IMG/VR virus record: IMGVR_UViG_3300022933_000006
Span: 574-64,573 of that record
DNA from: a virus
Taxonomy: Duplodnaviria; Caudoviricetes
DNA length: 64,000 nt
Direction: 5' to 3' (one strand)
Part shown: in pieces, positions 1 through 10,289 of the stretch
Layout: each line of letters begins with the position of its first letter
How positions within the stretch are numbered: position 1 is the first letter of the stretch
Position numbers and translations under genes: made by a program
The notes under the pieces: generated by a model
What the model was told of the DNA's origin: nothing
The model's database searches: none
Seen by the model: the letters and a program-made list of their open reading frames with translations, nothing else

Positions 1-1
1 A

Positions 2-496
2 AAACTTGGTGAAATTGTAATGGCAATAGAGGAATGCAGAGCACAACATGCCTTGAAAAAGGTAGTCGGTGAAGGATATTCTAACATGCCAACAGGGGAT
101 GATGATGTTCAATTCAGTCTACTTGTAGAATATGAAGGTATTCAAGCATTAAACTTTGATGACCATACTGCAACACACAGAAACATTGATGAATCACTAA
201 TTTGTGGTAACAGTCAATTCCCATTAACACACCAAGCACAGTTTGGTTGTGAAGTGTTGTATGATGGTAAAACATTAGAACAAATCAAACTTGAAAACGA
301 GTTAAAATTTGGAACTGATGGAATGATTGGTTCTCATAACAAAGTGTTAGATGATTACTTTGATTTCTTAAAGTCTAGTAACTTTAGATACGCAACTGTT
401 GAAGATAAGTTATATGAACAATCTATTGCAGAACCAATCATAAAAAATATGATTGAGAGTAATAACTTTGTTCAAAACCAACTTAAAAACGAATAG
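2..496 (+). CDS. Hypothetical protein, 5'-truncated; probably the C-terminus of the signal-peptide protein starting at 63905
   Basis: Frame is open from position 2 (KLGEIV-MAIEEC...). It is followed by a GGGAT-A-ATCCC inverted repeat and a T-tract. Confidence 0.6.
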   Translation, partial: KLGEIVMAIEECRAQHALKKVVGEGYSNMPTGDDDVQFSLLVEYEGIQALNFDDHTATHRNIDESLICGNSQFPLTHQAQFGCEVLYDGKTLEQIKLENELKFGTDGMIGSHNKVLDDYFDFLKSSNFRYATVEDKLYEQSIAEPIIKNMIESNNFVQNQLKNE

Positions 497-561
497 GGAT
501 AATCCCTCTTTTTATATTTTTATTTATCTACATTTATATAAGGTATTGACTTTGATTAATC

Positions 562-693
562 ATGAAAGACTGTATAAGTTGTAAAGAAATATCGGAATTA
601 CTTGTTAATTCCAGTACAGTTATTTATGCCAAAGAACATGGTAGTAAAATAATGTGTACAAATAATCACATAGTATTTGATGGTATGCAATAA
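562..693 (+). CDS. Small zinc-binding protein (43 aa, not in ORF track)
   Basis: MKDCISCKE...MCTNNH (CxxC...CxxxH); TTTATATA box about 29 nt upstream. Confidence 0.55.
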   Translation: MKDCISCKEISELLVNSSTVIYAKEHGSKIMCTNNHIVFDGMQ

Positions 694-709
694 TCATCAT
701 TTACTTAAC

Positions 710-717
710 TTTATATA
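710..717 (+). promoter_or_regulatory. Archaeal TATA box (example of a genome-wide leaderless promoter pattern)
   Basis: TTTATATA lies 29 nt before ATG 739. Similar boxes at 28-32 nt spacing: 1173/1202, 3282/3311, 4289/4319, 21181/21211, 22822/22850, 24168/24199, 26097/26126, 31217/31247, 56767/56799, 60997/61027. Confidence 0.8.
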
Positions 718-738
718 TTAGTGGTTTTTATATAATTT

Positions 739-1131
739 ATGGCAATCACAATCGCACACAATGCCGACCATAAAAGTCTTACAGGAAAGACACTATCCAT
801 TCAAAGCGAACTTACATCAAAGTTGAAATCCACCATTGTTGACGTAACATATGGTGCTTCTGACAACTACGCTACTAATGGTAATACTGTCGATCTATCA
901 CTTGGTGGTAGAATTAGTACAGTCATTGGAGCAGAAATTCTCCACTGTGACAAAGGACTACTTCTACAATATGCTCCAGCAGCAGCAGGGGCAGCAGCCA
1001 CAGGAAAAATTAAGGCTTATGGTCATACTCCAACAAGCTCTACAGCAACAGTTGTAGCCCTTGAGGAATTAGATGCTTCAGATACAGCAGTCAATTCTAT
1101 GACTATTCGTATTAGAGTTATCGGTTTCTAG
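739..1131 (+). CDS. Putative head decoration / minor virion protein
   Basis: Small Ala/Thr/Gly-rich beta-type protein just upstream of the neck genes, with its own TATA box. Confidence 0.5.
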   Translation: MAITIAHNADHKSLTGKTLSIQSELTSKLKSTIVDVTYGASDNYATNGNTVDLSLGGRISTVIGAEILHCDKGLLLQYAPAAAGAAATGKIKAYGHTPTSSTATVVALEELDASDTAVNSMTIRIRVIGF

Positions 1132-1201
1132 ACTAAGATCTAGTCAATTTTTTTCTCTTTTTACTAATAATGTTTATATATGACCAATATTATCAGTAAA
1201 C

Positions 1202-1474
1202 ATGACTTATACTAATCATAATGTAAAAGACGTATCTGCTGACGGTGCAGTAAAAGCTGGACATGGTGTAATAGTTTCAGTACATGTTGTAAAAGCAGGT
1301 GCAAGTGGAGACAAAATAGTATTCCATAATGGAGATGCTAATTCAGATCCAGCAGAATTTACAGTATATGGTGAAGGAATTCAAAATATACAGGATATTA
1401 TGAGAAGATTTGAAGACGGTATATTTGCAGAAGTTACAGGTACAACTGCAAGATATTTAGTAGTATTCAAATAG
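1202..1474 (+). CDS. Putative small virion structural protein
   Basis: Located in the head-neck region; beta-rich; own TATA box. Confidence 0.45.
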   Translation: MTYTNHNVKDVSADGAVKAGHGVIVSVHVVKAGASGDKIVFHNGDANSDPAEFTVYGEGIQNIQDIMRRFEDGIFAEVTGTTARYLVVFK

Positions 1475-1508
1475 AATCTTTAAATATAAAGTAAACTTTA
1501 TAACTCTT

Positions 1509-2150
1509 ATGGTAACGACTACAACTTACTGTTCAGTTAATGATATTATTGACTTTTTAAGAGTGCCTATTACTTCAACAACCACTCCAAACAAAGAGAT
1601 GGTTCGTAAGATTATTGCAAGAAAAGAGGAAGAATTTGACAGAAGGGTAGGTCATACTTGGAAAACTAAGAAGATTACAAGAGAAGTTCACGACTTGCCT
1701 TTATTATACACATTTGGATGGGGTACTCCATTGTTCTTACAACATAGAAATATACAGATTTTAGACAGTTCAGCAGGGGATAAGATAGAGATTTGGAAGG
1801 GAGAATCAGATTCATGGGAAAATATAGTAGGTCAAGACCAATGGTATCATTGTGAATATGAGAGAGGAACATTACACTTAAGAGGTTATTTGTTCACTAT
1901 TCTAAGAAAAAACAGAGTTAGAGTCACTTACAGATATGGTGGTGAAAACTTTGCAGGTGATACAGAAATACCATTAGACGTTGCAGATTGTATAATTAAA
2001 ATGGCTGCAATAGAGATAATGAATACCTCATTCAGAATGGATGAGATTCCAAGTGGTGGAAGTGTATCTCCTAGTGAGTCAAAGAAATACTGGCAAGAAG
2101 ATATTGAACTCTGCATCTCTAATCGTAGAGAAGTATTTGTTGTTCCATAA
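1509..2150 (+). CDS. Head-tail adaptor/connector (gp6/gp15-like)
   Basis: N-terminal YCSVNDIIDFL, VRVTYRYG and IPLDVADCIIKMAA match the adaptor pattern; synteny fits. Confidence 0.7.
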   Translation: MVTTTTYCSVNDIIDFLRVPITSTTTPNKEMVRKIIARKEEEFDRRVGHTWKTKKITREVHDLPLLYTFGWGTPLFLQHRNIQILDSSAGDKIEIWKGESDSWENIVGQDQWYHCEYERGTLHLRGYLFTILRKNRVRVTYRYGGENFAGDTEIPLDVADCIIKMAAIEIMNTSFRMDEIPSGGSVSPSESKKYWQEDIELCISNRREVFVVP

Positions 2151-2860
2151 TGGGCTGGATAAAAGGTTTAATAGCACTACCAAAGATTGCTGCTGCTAAG
2201 ATTATGAAAAAATTAGGTGTTCCTTATGAATTAACTGAAGATGAACAAACTGGAGAAGTATCACTCAAAGTAAGGGGAAAACCTGATAATGTTGAAAATC
2301 TTGAAATCAAGGAAGGTAATACCCCAACAGAAACTGCTTATATTGCAAGAGCTGTAGTAAGACCAGATGAAGCACCATTAATAGAAACACCTGATCCAGT
2401 TTTACAATCACCTAAAGGTTCGTTGCCTAAACCTACTAATGCATATGATGATCTTAAAGAGCCTAGGGAAATAGCATATTACCCTGCTGGAAAGAACCCT
2501 TATGGTAGAGGAAACGAGGGTGGTAAGCCAAATATAGAAGCCATAAGACAATGGGTTTCAAATACAAAAGTAGCAACATCTTCAAATTTTATACTAAGTG
2601 AGGAATTTGGGAAAAAATCTGGAATGATATATGGTAAATCTGGTAAAGAATTAGAAAAGGCAATAGATGAAGTTACATACAAAGTGGCTAGAAAAATATG
2701 GTATGTGGGCAGAAAACCAAGATATATGAGTGATGATGATTGGCAAAAAGATACAAAAGATATGCGACCAGCAGAAGGTTCTTTCTCAAAGAATGAAGAT
2801 TGGGGTGGAAAATTTCCATATGGTGAAACTTATAAGTATGAAAGTGGTAAGTTTCGGTAA
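2150..2860 (+). CDS. Putative neck / tail completion protein
   Basis: PNIEAIRQWV...VARKIWYVGRKP resembles HK97 gp10-like proteins; synteny fits. Confidence 0.5.
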   Translation: MGWIKGLIALPKIAAAKIMKKLGVPYELTEDEQTGEVSLKVRGKPDNVENLEIKEGNTPTETAYIARAVVRPDEAPLIETPDPVLQSPKGSLPKPTNAYDDLKEPREIAYYPAGKNPYGRGNEGGKPNIEAIRQWVSNTKVATSSNFILSEEFGKKSGMIYGKSGKELEKAIDEVTYKVARKIWYVGRKPRYMSDDDWQKDTKDMRPAEGSFSKNEDWGGKFPYGETYKYESGKFR

Positions 2861-3276
2861 TGACTATTATTACATATGATGCAGTAGACGACATAATATC
2901 ACTAATAAAGACCAAATGGTCTAATTTAAGACCACCTACAATCTCAAAAGTATGGGATAAAAGAACTGTAGGATTCATAGATGATAGAAGTGATCAGGTA
3001 ATATTATCACCAAAAGGTGAAGAAATACAGTATTTTGGTCTAGGTGGTAGTGCTTTTTGGCACAATCAGATAGTAGAAATGGAAATAAGAACGTATCAGG
3101 ATATTAAACGACATAACTCAGTTGTGAAGGAAATAGTCAAAATTATCAAGGATAACATAACAGGAACTAATTATACTGATTTACGAGTAATCGGTTCATT
3201 CAGTAAGAACTTTGCATATCGTAATATGTATAGTTATGTTGTAACAATATCCTATAGAAAATCAGATCCCTCTTAA
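2860..3276 (+). CDS. Putative tail terminator
   Basis: 138 aa, directly before the tail tube gene; alpha/beta pattern typical of terminators. Confidence 0.55.
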   Translation: MTIITYDAVDDIISLIKTKWSNLRPPTISKVWDKRTVGFIDDRSDQVILSPKGEEIQYFGLGGSAFWHNQIVEMEIRTYQDIKRHNSVVKEIVKIIKDNITGTNYTDLRVIGSFSKNFAYRNMYSYVVTISYRKSDPS

Positions 3277-3310
3277 AAATCTTTATATACTAATACGGAG
3301 AGTATAGAAT

Positions 3311-4285
3311 ATGGCAATATTTACTGGTGCTAATGCATCTATAATGTACGGTTATGAAAGTACATTCGGAACAACACCTACTGTTACCAATACCTTTGGT
3401 CTTAATCAAAAAGTAACTAGTTTGTCATTAAATACAAGTAGATTTCAACTTAATAAATTAGGTCAAGTAGAACCAACTAAATACGCTTACGGTCAACAAT
3501 CGGGAAGTGTAGGAATTGGATTTGTATTTGACGATTCTCATTCACATAAAATATTTCAATCAATTTATGGCGCAGATGCAAATGGATCAAGTCCATTCAT
3601 ATATCCTACAAACTTAGGTCAAGGAAATGCTCCTACAACTGTATCACCAATCACAACAAAAATTCAAGTAGCAACATCAGGTAGTACTTCACTTGAAAGA
3701 ATATTAAACGGATGTATTGTACAATCATTAGGTTTGTCAACAAGTATTGGTGAGCCAGTTAATGGTACTGTTGATATGATGTTTGGTAAAGAACAAAATG
3801 CTGACGTAGTAGGTGGCGCTGCCACAGCACAAGGTGCAGGAACACTTGATCAAGGTGGTGTTCCTTATACATTTGCTCATGGTCTAGTAAAAGTACATAA
3901 CGGTTCAGCATTAACAGCAGTTGCAGAAATTCAAGAATTTGACGTAACATTTGCACAAAATGCAGAATTACTTTATGGATTAAATTCACATACAGCAGTT
4001 GATACATATAGACGAGTATTAGATGTTAGTGGCAGATTCAGAGCAGCATTTAAAGATAAAAGATTAATTCAATATGTAATTGATCAGTCTCGAGCTGGAA
4101 CAGAATTACTTACAAGTGCTGTAGGTGTTGAACTAACATTTACAAATGGCAGTAAATCACTTAAAATAGAACTAAACGAATTGTCAGTAGCAGATCATGG
4201 AACAACAGGTATTGAGCCAGTAGAACCAATATTTGAAGAAATTAACTGGTCATGCAAATCAGCAAGAGTAACAGCAACAACATAA
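3311..4285 (+). CDS. Major tail tube protein
   Basis: N-terminal YGYESTFGT, Ser/Thr/Gly-rich beta protein, precedes chaperone and tape measure; no sheath gene present. Confidence 0.8.
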   Translation: MAIFTGANASIMYGYESTFGTTPTVTNTFGLNQKVTSLSLNTSRFQLNKLGQVEPTKYAYGQQSGSVGIGFVFDDSHSHKIFQSIYGADANGSSPFIYPTNLGQGNAPTTVSPITTKIQVATSGSTSLERILNGCIVQSLGLSTSIGEPVNGTVDMMFGKEQNADVVGGAATAQGAGTLDQGGVPYTFAHGLVKVHNGSALTAVAEIQEFDVTFAQNAELLYGLNSHTAVDTYRRVLDVSGRFRAAFKDKRLIQYVIDQSRAGTELLTSAVGVELTFTNGSKSLKIELNELSVADHGTTGIEPVEPIFEEINWSCKSARVTATT

Positions 4286-4318
4286 ACCTTTATAAATTAC
4301 CTGATTAGTACAATTTAC

Positions 4319-4741
4319 ATGGCACTAATACCTGTAAAGATAACCTATAATGATAAGGAAGATACAATAGAATTTGAGGATTCTTTGACATTCGGGGAGA
4401 CAGAAGCATTGATTAGTGGATCTGTTGATTTGGCTGATATAGCAAAGCCTAAGATCGATTTGTCAAAATATAGAATGAATTTACTAGTATTGACAATTAA
4501 AAAGGCTCCGTTCAAAACTGGAGATATAACTACAATAAAAATGTTGGATTCCAAAGTAGTGAAAGGTATGTTAAGGGAGATAACTAAGGTACACCCTTTA
4601 GCAGTATATATAGAGGATTGGATGGAAACCTTCCAAAGTTACGAGGAGGAGAGCAGTTCAAATACGCAATCTACTACAGTTGTGCAACCCAATTCGGATG
4701 GGATAAAGAAACAGTCGACAGGCAAGAAACAGAATATTTAG
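4319..4741 (+). CDS. Tail assembly chaperone (gpG-like)
   Basis: Sits between tail tube and tape measure; carries the in-frame slippery heptamer C CCT TTA at 4594-4600. Confidence 0.75.
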   Translation: MALIPVKITYNDKEDTIEFEDSLTFGETEALISGSVDLADIAKPKIDLSKYRMNLLVLTIKKAPFKTGDITTIKMLDSKVVKGMLREITKVHPLAVYIEDWMETFQSYEEESSSNTQSTTVVQPNSDGIKKQSTGKKQNI

Positions 4742-4836
4742 CCAAATTATTTGCCACTCATCAGGAACAGATGGAAAAGGCAGAAAGAGAGAAAGCCATG
4801 CCACCTATGGGCAGAAACATTAGAAAAAACTTATAA
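4594..4836 (+). CDS. Tail chaperone -1 frameshift extension (gpGT-like C-terminus)
   Basis: The -1 frame opens after TAA 4585-4587, just before the slippery site, and reads PFSSIYRGLDGN...ATQFGWDKETVDRQ...KNL*. Confidence 0.75.
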   Translation, partial: PFSSIYRGLDGNLPKLRGGEQFKYAIYYSCATQFGWDKETVDRQETEYLAKLFATHQEQMEKAEREKAMPPMGRNIRKNL

Positions 4837-4861
4837 GTAAACAAGATACAGTTTATATATA

Positions 4862-7261
4862 ATGTCAGCTCAAGATTCTGGAGGATATAATGATTCAAAT
4901 ATAGAAGTAAAATTTCAACAAGCTATAGCAAATTTAGTAAAAACTTTAGGTGGAGAGGAAAAACTTACCAAAAATCAAATGGTTCAAACAAGAAAAATTA
5001 TTGTACAGCATGAGAAAAAATACAATAGTGACAAAGACCATTGGAGATGGAAAGATCAGGATAGACAAAAACAACGTAAGTTTGCCATTGAAAAAATAGA
5101 GATGCAAGGACAGCAAGTAAGAATGAATAAACAGCTATCTAATGCTATGAAACATAACTTAGATTCATATAATTATGTAAAACAATCTCTTACTGGTGGT
5201 GGCAGAAGTTTAAAATCAGGAATATTAGGTGTTTCTGATTCTCTTGCATTGCTTACAAAAAGCAGTAGAGACTTAATAAAAGCAGAGAAAGTATTAAAGG
5301 ATGCAAAAAAATCAGGTGGAGATGTAAAGGGAGCACAAACTGTAGTAGATGAATTAAAAGATACTATATCAAAACTTGGTGGTAATAATAGAGTAATGAA
5401 ATCAATAGTTTCAAAATTAGAAGGACTTAGTAAAATTATGGAGAAACATCAAGGTAAAGTAATGATAGGAGCTGGAGTTGCTAGTATTTTAATTGGTATT
5501 ATTAGTAAGGCATTGAATGTAGCTCCACTATTTCAAGCCATGATGAAGTTAATGCAATTTGCAGTTACAATGATTTTAATGCCAATAGGTACGTTCTTCG
5601 GAGCAATTTTAAGACCTTTAGTAATAGGATTTGTAAGAGGTACAGCTAAAAACTTTGGTGCTTGGATGAAAACTGCAATGTCACTTGGTACAAAAATAGG
5701 TGAATTTATTATGGAATTCTTAAAAAATCCTGCAGCAGCATTTGGTAATTTGTTTAAAAATTCATTAGGTGGTGATCCTGCATCAATAGCAGGTACAGCA
5801 ACAACTCTAGCTGGAGCAGGAACAGCAGTAGCAGTTGCAACTAAAATATTACCTAAAGTACTTACTACTGCAGCAAAAGGATCATCAGGAGCAATAACAT
5901 TTGCATCAGGTGTAGATGATGCTGCTAAACTTGGTAAATCAGGATGGAGTCTATCAAATCTTCTAAAAGGTTCATTAGGAATAGGTAAAATTGGTGCAGT
6001 AGGAGCAGGTATGGGTGGTGGTCTTTCAAGTATTTTGACTGGAGGTAAAACAAGTGAAAAAGCAGCAGAAATTGCAACAAAAGGTTTAGCTAAAGTTATA
6101 CCTAAAGTACTTACTACATCTATACCACTTGGTATAAAATTGGGATTTAAAGCTATACCAGTTCTTGGCTGGGCAACATTGGCTGCTGATGTTGCTGGTT
6201 CTGCTATGAAACAATGGGCTCCTGATCAATATGAAGGTATAAGACAAGGTGCATTAGGAGTAGGTTCTTTCCTTGGTGATACTGAAGGAACTCATACTGA
6301 AGGTTTCTTAGACATTTTAGGATTTGGTAAACAGTCAACATTTGAAATGTTAGGAGAAGGATTTCAAGAGTTATCAAAAGTGTTTAATGGTGGTTCTACA
6401 GAAACAATAGCAGAATCAGCAGAAAGATCTGCTGGTTTTGTAGAAACATTAGAAAAAGCAGCAATAAAAATGGGTACTCAATCTGCTCCAACAATGGATT
6501 CACAAATGACTGAAATCATGAATTCTTTTATCAGAATGAAAGAAATGGGAATGACTTCCAAATTAGCAGCAGAAAGAACTGCTGATCTATTTTCACTTGC
6601 AGAAGCAACTGTTGAAGCTAAAATTCAACAATGGATTGATCTCATACCACCAAAAAAAGACGGTGGAGAACGTGCAGAGAAAAAATTTGCAAGATCAGCA
6701 TTAAACCAATGGCAAAGTGGAACTGCTGATAATTTTTTTGGTGGTAGCAATTATGTAAATCCTTGGACAAAAAATAATCAAGGAACAGAATCAGTTCAAA
6801 CAAAAATGGAAAAAGAAGCAGAAAGAATAATAACAGCATTTAATAAAGCAAATCCACATACCTCATATGCAGATATTTATGGTACAAAAGAAACAACACC
6901 AAGTGAACATAAATATCCTACTGGATTTGATCAATCTGGAATGACTAGAGCACAGATGGATCAAAAAAATAATGGATTACCAACAACATCTACAGGTGCA
7001 GTTGATTGGAATTCATATCTTAATCCAAATTATGCTGGTGGACAGATAAGTGAACCAATACTTGGTATAGGTAGGTCAGGTAGAACATACTCATTTGGAG
7101 AACATGGAGCAGAGACAATCACACCTAACGGTCAAATGGGTGGAGGTGGAGGAATCACAATCAATATTGCTAGAATAGAAAAGAATGCCGACTTTGAACA
7201 GTTAAAACCAATGATTCAAAAATGGATATTGGAAGCAAATAGTAGAAGGGGTATGATCTAA
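4862..7261 (+). CDS. Tail tape measure protein
   Basis: 799 aa, helical, Ala/Gly/Lys-rich with hydrophobic stretches; C-terminal AGGQISEP...GEHGAETITP motif typical of tape measures. Confidence 0.85.
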   Translation: MSAQDSGGYNDSNIEVKFQQAIANLVKTLGGEEKLTKNQMVQTRKIIVQHEKKYNSDKDHWRWKDQDRQKQRKFAIEKIEMQGQQVRMNKQLSNAMKHNLDSYNYVKQSLTGGGRSLKSGILGVSDSLALLTKSSRDLIKAEKVLKDAKKSGGDVKGAQTVVDELKDTISKLGGNNRVMKSIVSKLEGLSKIMEKHQGKVMIGAGVASILIGIISKALNVAPLFQAMMKLMQFAVTMILMPIGTFFGAILRPLVIGFVRGTAKNFGAWMKTAMSLGTKIGEFIMEFLKNPAAAFGNLFKNSLGGDPASIAGTATTLAGAGTAVAVATKILPKVLTTAAKGSSGAITFASGVDDAAKLGKSGWSLSNLLKGSLGIGKIGAVGAGMGGGLSSILTGGKTSEKAAEIATKGLAKVIPKVLTTSIPLGIKLGFKAIPVLGWATLAADVAGSAMKQWAPDQYEGIRQGALGVGSFLGDTEGTHTEGFLDILGFGKQSTFEMLGEGFQELSKVFNGGSTETIAESAERSAGFVETLEKAAIKMGTQSAPTMDSQMTEIMNSFIRMKEMGMTSKLAAERTADLFSLAEATVEAKIQQWIDLIPPKKDGGERAEKKFARSALNQWQSGTADNFFGGSNYVNPWTKNNQGTESVQTKMEKEAERIITAFNKANPHTSYADIYGTKETTPSEHKYPTGFDQSGMTRAQMDQKNNGLPTTSTGAVDWNSYLNPNYAGGQISEPILGIGRSGRTYSFGEHGAETITPNGQMGGGGGITINIARIEKNADFEQLKPMIQKWILEANSRRGMI

Positions 7262-7262
7262 A

Positions 7263-7802
7263 ATGGGAACTATAGTACTTAAAAAATTACAACCTTCTCC
7301 AACAAGAACACTTACCATAAACAATCTTAGTAGTTTAGATATTTCTGTTGACATGCCAGCTATGGTTTATGCCATACCTGAATCAACTGATGAAGATGCA
7401 ATAGGAATGAAGGTAGAAGGAAATATGTCAACAGTTAATATATCATGGACATTGGTAGATGAAGATTCTACTGTAGTAAGTGAGTTGACAGGTAATGATG
7501 CAGTAGAAACTGCTGATGAGCAGATGGTATTTTTAATAGGTATGGGGAGAATAGGTGGAAATGCCACAGCAGCAGAAATACTTTCTAATCAAAATTCAAT
7601 GCAATCATCAGGTGTTGAATATGCATATCAACTAGATTTAAAAGATAATTCAGGTACTACATTTTTTACAAAACAGGGTATAATAACCAAGGTAAATGTA
7701 AGCAAATCTGGTAGCACTCCAGTAACTTATAATGCAAGTATTATGTTTTCTACAGCAGAAATGATTGCTGAAAGTCAAGAAGCAGATCAAGGATCAGGAT
7801 AA
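7263..7802 (+). CDS. Putative distal tail (Dit-like) protein
   Basis: Immediately after the tape measure; beta-rich, 179 aa. Confidence 0.5.
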   Translation: MGTIVLKKLQPSPTRTLTINNLSSLDISVDMPAMVYAIPESTDEDAIGMKVEGNMSTVNISWTLVDEDSTVVSELTGNDAVETADEQMVFLIGMGRIGGNATAAEILSNQNSMQSSGVEYAYQLDLKDNSGTTFFTKQGIITKVNVSKSGSTPVTYNASIMFSTAEMIAESQEADQGSG

Positions 7803-9835
7803 TGGCAGTAGTATCAGTATTTATCAATGATGTTAAAAAATCATTTGTTAAAACAACAATAATTAGAGAAGGTGACAGGGCAATAGACGAAGCTGATATT
7901 GTATTACCTCCAAGTGTTGATGCAAATACTAATGACAAAATAGTAATAGTACAGGACATGGTTTCAACGGATAATTTATCTGCAATTTATAATTTTAATG
8001 AGTCAATAGTAGATGAAAGTGGTCATTTGAATACTCCTACTGCATCGGCAGATTTGACATATATTGACGGACAATGGCAGGGCAAGGCATTATCATTCAA
8101 TGGCACTAGTACATATTTTGAAGTTGATGACAAAACTAACCTTAATTTTAGTGGAGAGTTTGAAATATTCATATGGGTAAAATGGTCTTCAACTACTAAA
8201 CAGTATTTGCTTACAAAAAGAACAACATCAAGTAACGGATTGGGAATAAGTGTAAATCATACAACTGCTGGCGACATAGCATTGGAACTTAACGGTACAA
8301 CATTAGTGTCATCATCTGCTGGATTTAATGATAATGGAAATCACTTGATAAGAGTGACAAGGGATTCATCAAACTTGGTTACATTATATGTGGACAAGAT
8401 ATCAAAGGGTACTGCCACCATATCTCATGACTTGACAACAACTGGAAAATTAAGAGTTGGCAGAGATGAAGCATCAACATATTTTACAGGATCAATGGAT
8501 TCAGTTAGGTTATACAAAGGCACTCCATTTTCTACAAGAATGGGAGAAAAAATATACAATGTCAGAAACCCAAGAACTGTAATGAAGTTTGGTGGAAGGG
8601 TTACAAAAATAAAAAAAGAGATTATTGTTAAAGAAGTTAAGTGTTTTAGTTTTGGTAAGGAACTAGGTGAAGTAGAAATACGAGGAGATTCATTTGATGA
8701 TAAGACACCTGAATTCATAATAGACAGTTTGATTACAAACAATACAGGACTAACATTCGTCAGAAAAGGAGCTTTATCAGGTATAACATTGGAAAAATAT
8801 GTTGCTGTTGGTAAACTTATAGATATTCTTAGGGATTTTACATCATTGACAGGTCATATATTTTATACAAATGGTAACAAAGAATTTGTGTTAGAACCTG
8901 AAAAACATACAGATATAGGATTTACATTTACACACGGTGAAAACTGTAAATTGTTTGATACAAGGTTTGATGATACTGAGTTAGTAAATGATTTGATTGT
9001 TTTGGGTGAGAATATAAGGTATCATACTATTGAACTTTTTACTGGAAATGGATCTAACAAAGAATTTGCTTTGGAACAAAAACCTGTAAGTACCAGAGTT
9101 ACAGCAGATATTGGATCTGGTGTGGTAGAAATGGAACCTGAAGTAGATTATGATGTAGATAGTGTCAATAACAAAATAGTTTTTATAAATACTGCACCAA
9201 TAAATACAAGTACTGTTACTGTTGACTATGAATTTGAAAAACCTTTGTACATAAGAGGTACGAAACAAAGTAGTATTGATGAGCATGGTGTACATGCTAA
9301 AAAGTTAATTATGCCTTGGATAAGAACTAGGTTTGACGGTGTTAGGTTTGTTCAAGCATATCTTAACAGATACAAGGATATTAAAATGAATATAAGTGTA
9401 GAAGTGCCAACATTATTCAATTCAATAGCAGAAAATGACATTGTGCATATAACAAATACAATTAAAAATATAGACGGTAGTTTTGTAATAAAAGGAATAA
9501 GGTGGACTTATCCAAAATCAATCACTACTTTAGATATAGGTGAATATAATTTTGATTTCTTAGAAATTGATCAGCAGATAACTCAGAAAGTACACGATTT
9601 GGAAGATGCCATGACTACAAACAAGGATATAAGGGAATATGAATCACCAGAAGAAATTCTTGTAATAGGAGATATAGTTATACAAGTTGTTCATGAAGAC
9701 TTTACAGAAACCTTAAATATTCCACATTCAACAGTTATAATAGATAAAAATGACAACAATTATGGATCTGGAACATATGGATCAAGAGGGGGAAGATTCA
9801 GTCAAACTACAGGAAGTGTATATGTAAGTGGCTGA
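7802..9835 (+). CDS. Baseplate hub / tail tip protein with inserted LamG (concanavalin-like) domain
   Basis: LamG motifs (YNFNE..., ALSFNGT, FTGSMDSVRLY) inserted before MKFGGRV; hub-like motifs VNDLIVLG and SSIDEHGV. Confidence 0.7.
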   Translation: MAVVSVFINDVKKSFVKTTIIREGDRAIDEADIVLPPSVDANTNDKIVIVQDMVSTDNLSAIYNFNESIVDESGHLNTPTASADLTYIDGQWQGKALSFNGTSTYFEVDDKTNLNFSGEFEIFIWVKWSSTTKQYLLTKRTTSSNGLGISVNHTTAGDIALELNGTTLVSSSAGFNDNGNHLIRVTRDSSNLVTLYVDKISKGTATISHDLTTTGKLRVGRDEASTYFTGSMDSVRLYKGTPFSTRMGEKIYNVRNPRTVMKFGGRVTKIKKEIIVKEVKCFSFGKELGEVEIRGDSFDDKTPEFIIDSLITNNTGLTFVRKGALSGITLEKYVAVGKLIDILRDFTSLTGHIFYTNGNKEFVLEPEKHTDIGFTFTHGENCKLFDTRFDDTELVNDLIVLGENIRYHTIELFTGNGSNKEFALEQKPVSTRVTADIGSGVVEMEPEVDYDVDSVNNKIVFINTAPINTSTVTVDYEFEKPLYIRGTKQSSIDEHGVHAKKLIMPWIRTRFDGVRFVQAYLNRYKDIKMNISVEVPTLFNSIAENDIVHITNTIKNIDGSFVIKGIRWTYPKSITTLDIGEYNFDFLEIDQQITQKVHDLEDAMTTNKDIREYESPEEILVIGDIVIQVVHEDFTETLNIPHSTVIIDKNDNNYGSGTYGSRGGRFSQTTGSVYVSG

Positions 9836-10289
9836 TATATTAGTTCCTCTTAATGGTCATGTGAGAGTAAGAGCATGGGAAAAACAACCAGATGGTACTG
9901 AAAAAGAAGTTTATGATAAAACCATTAAAAATCTTATTGTTGATGCAGGGAAACATTCAATATTAAAATATATAGGCAATATTTCAGGTGGTGGATATGC
10001 TAATCAAGTAGGAGTAGGAGACTCTACAACTGCTGCAGCATCAGGTCAAACTGACTTACAGGCTTCATCTAACAAATACTGGAAATCAATACAGTCTACA
10101 GATAGAATACTACTTGGTGAGACAATATATTTATCTGTAGATTTTGGTTATACAGAAGGCAATTATACATGGAATGAGTTAGGTCTAAGAGATAATAATA
10201 ATGTCATGTATGCTAGACAGATTGATGCTTCTCCATTTGTTAAGACATCATCAAAAAGAGCAATCGTTGAATGGCAGTTGAGTCTTTAG
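9828..10289 (+). CDS. Tail-collar/fibre-associated protein
   Basis: NLIVDAG...GVGDSTTAA...NELGL...MYAR...KTSS pattern; paralogue of 11814..12362. Confidence 0.55.
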   Translation: MADILVPLNGHVRVRAWEKQPDGTEKEVYDKTIKNLIVDAGKHSILKYIGNISGGGYANQVGVGDSTTAAASGQTDLQASSNKYWKSIQSTDRILLGETIYLSVDFGYTEGNYTWNELGLRDNNNVMYARQIDASPFVKTSSKRAIVEWQLSL

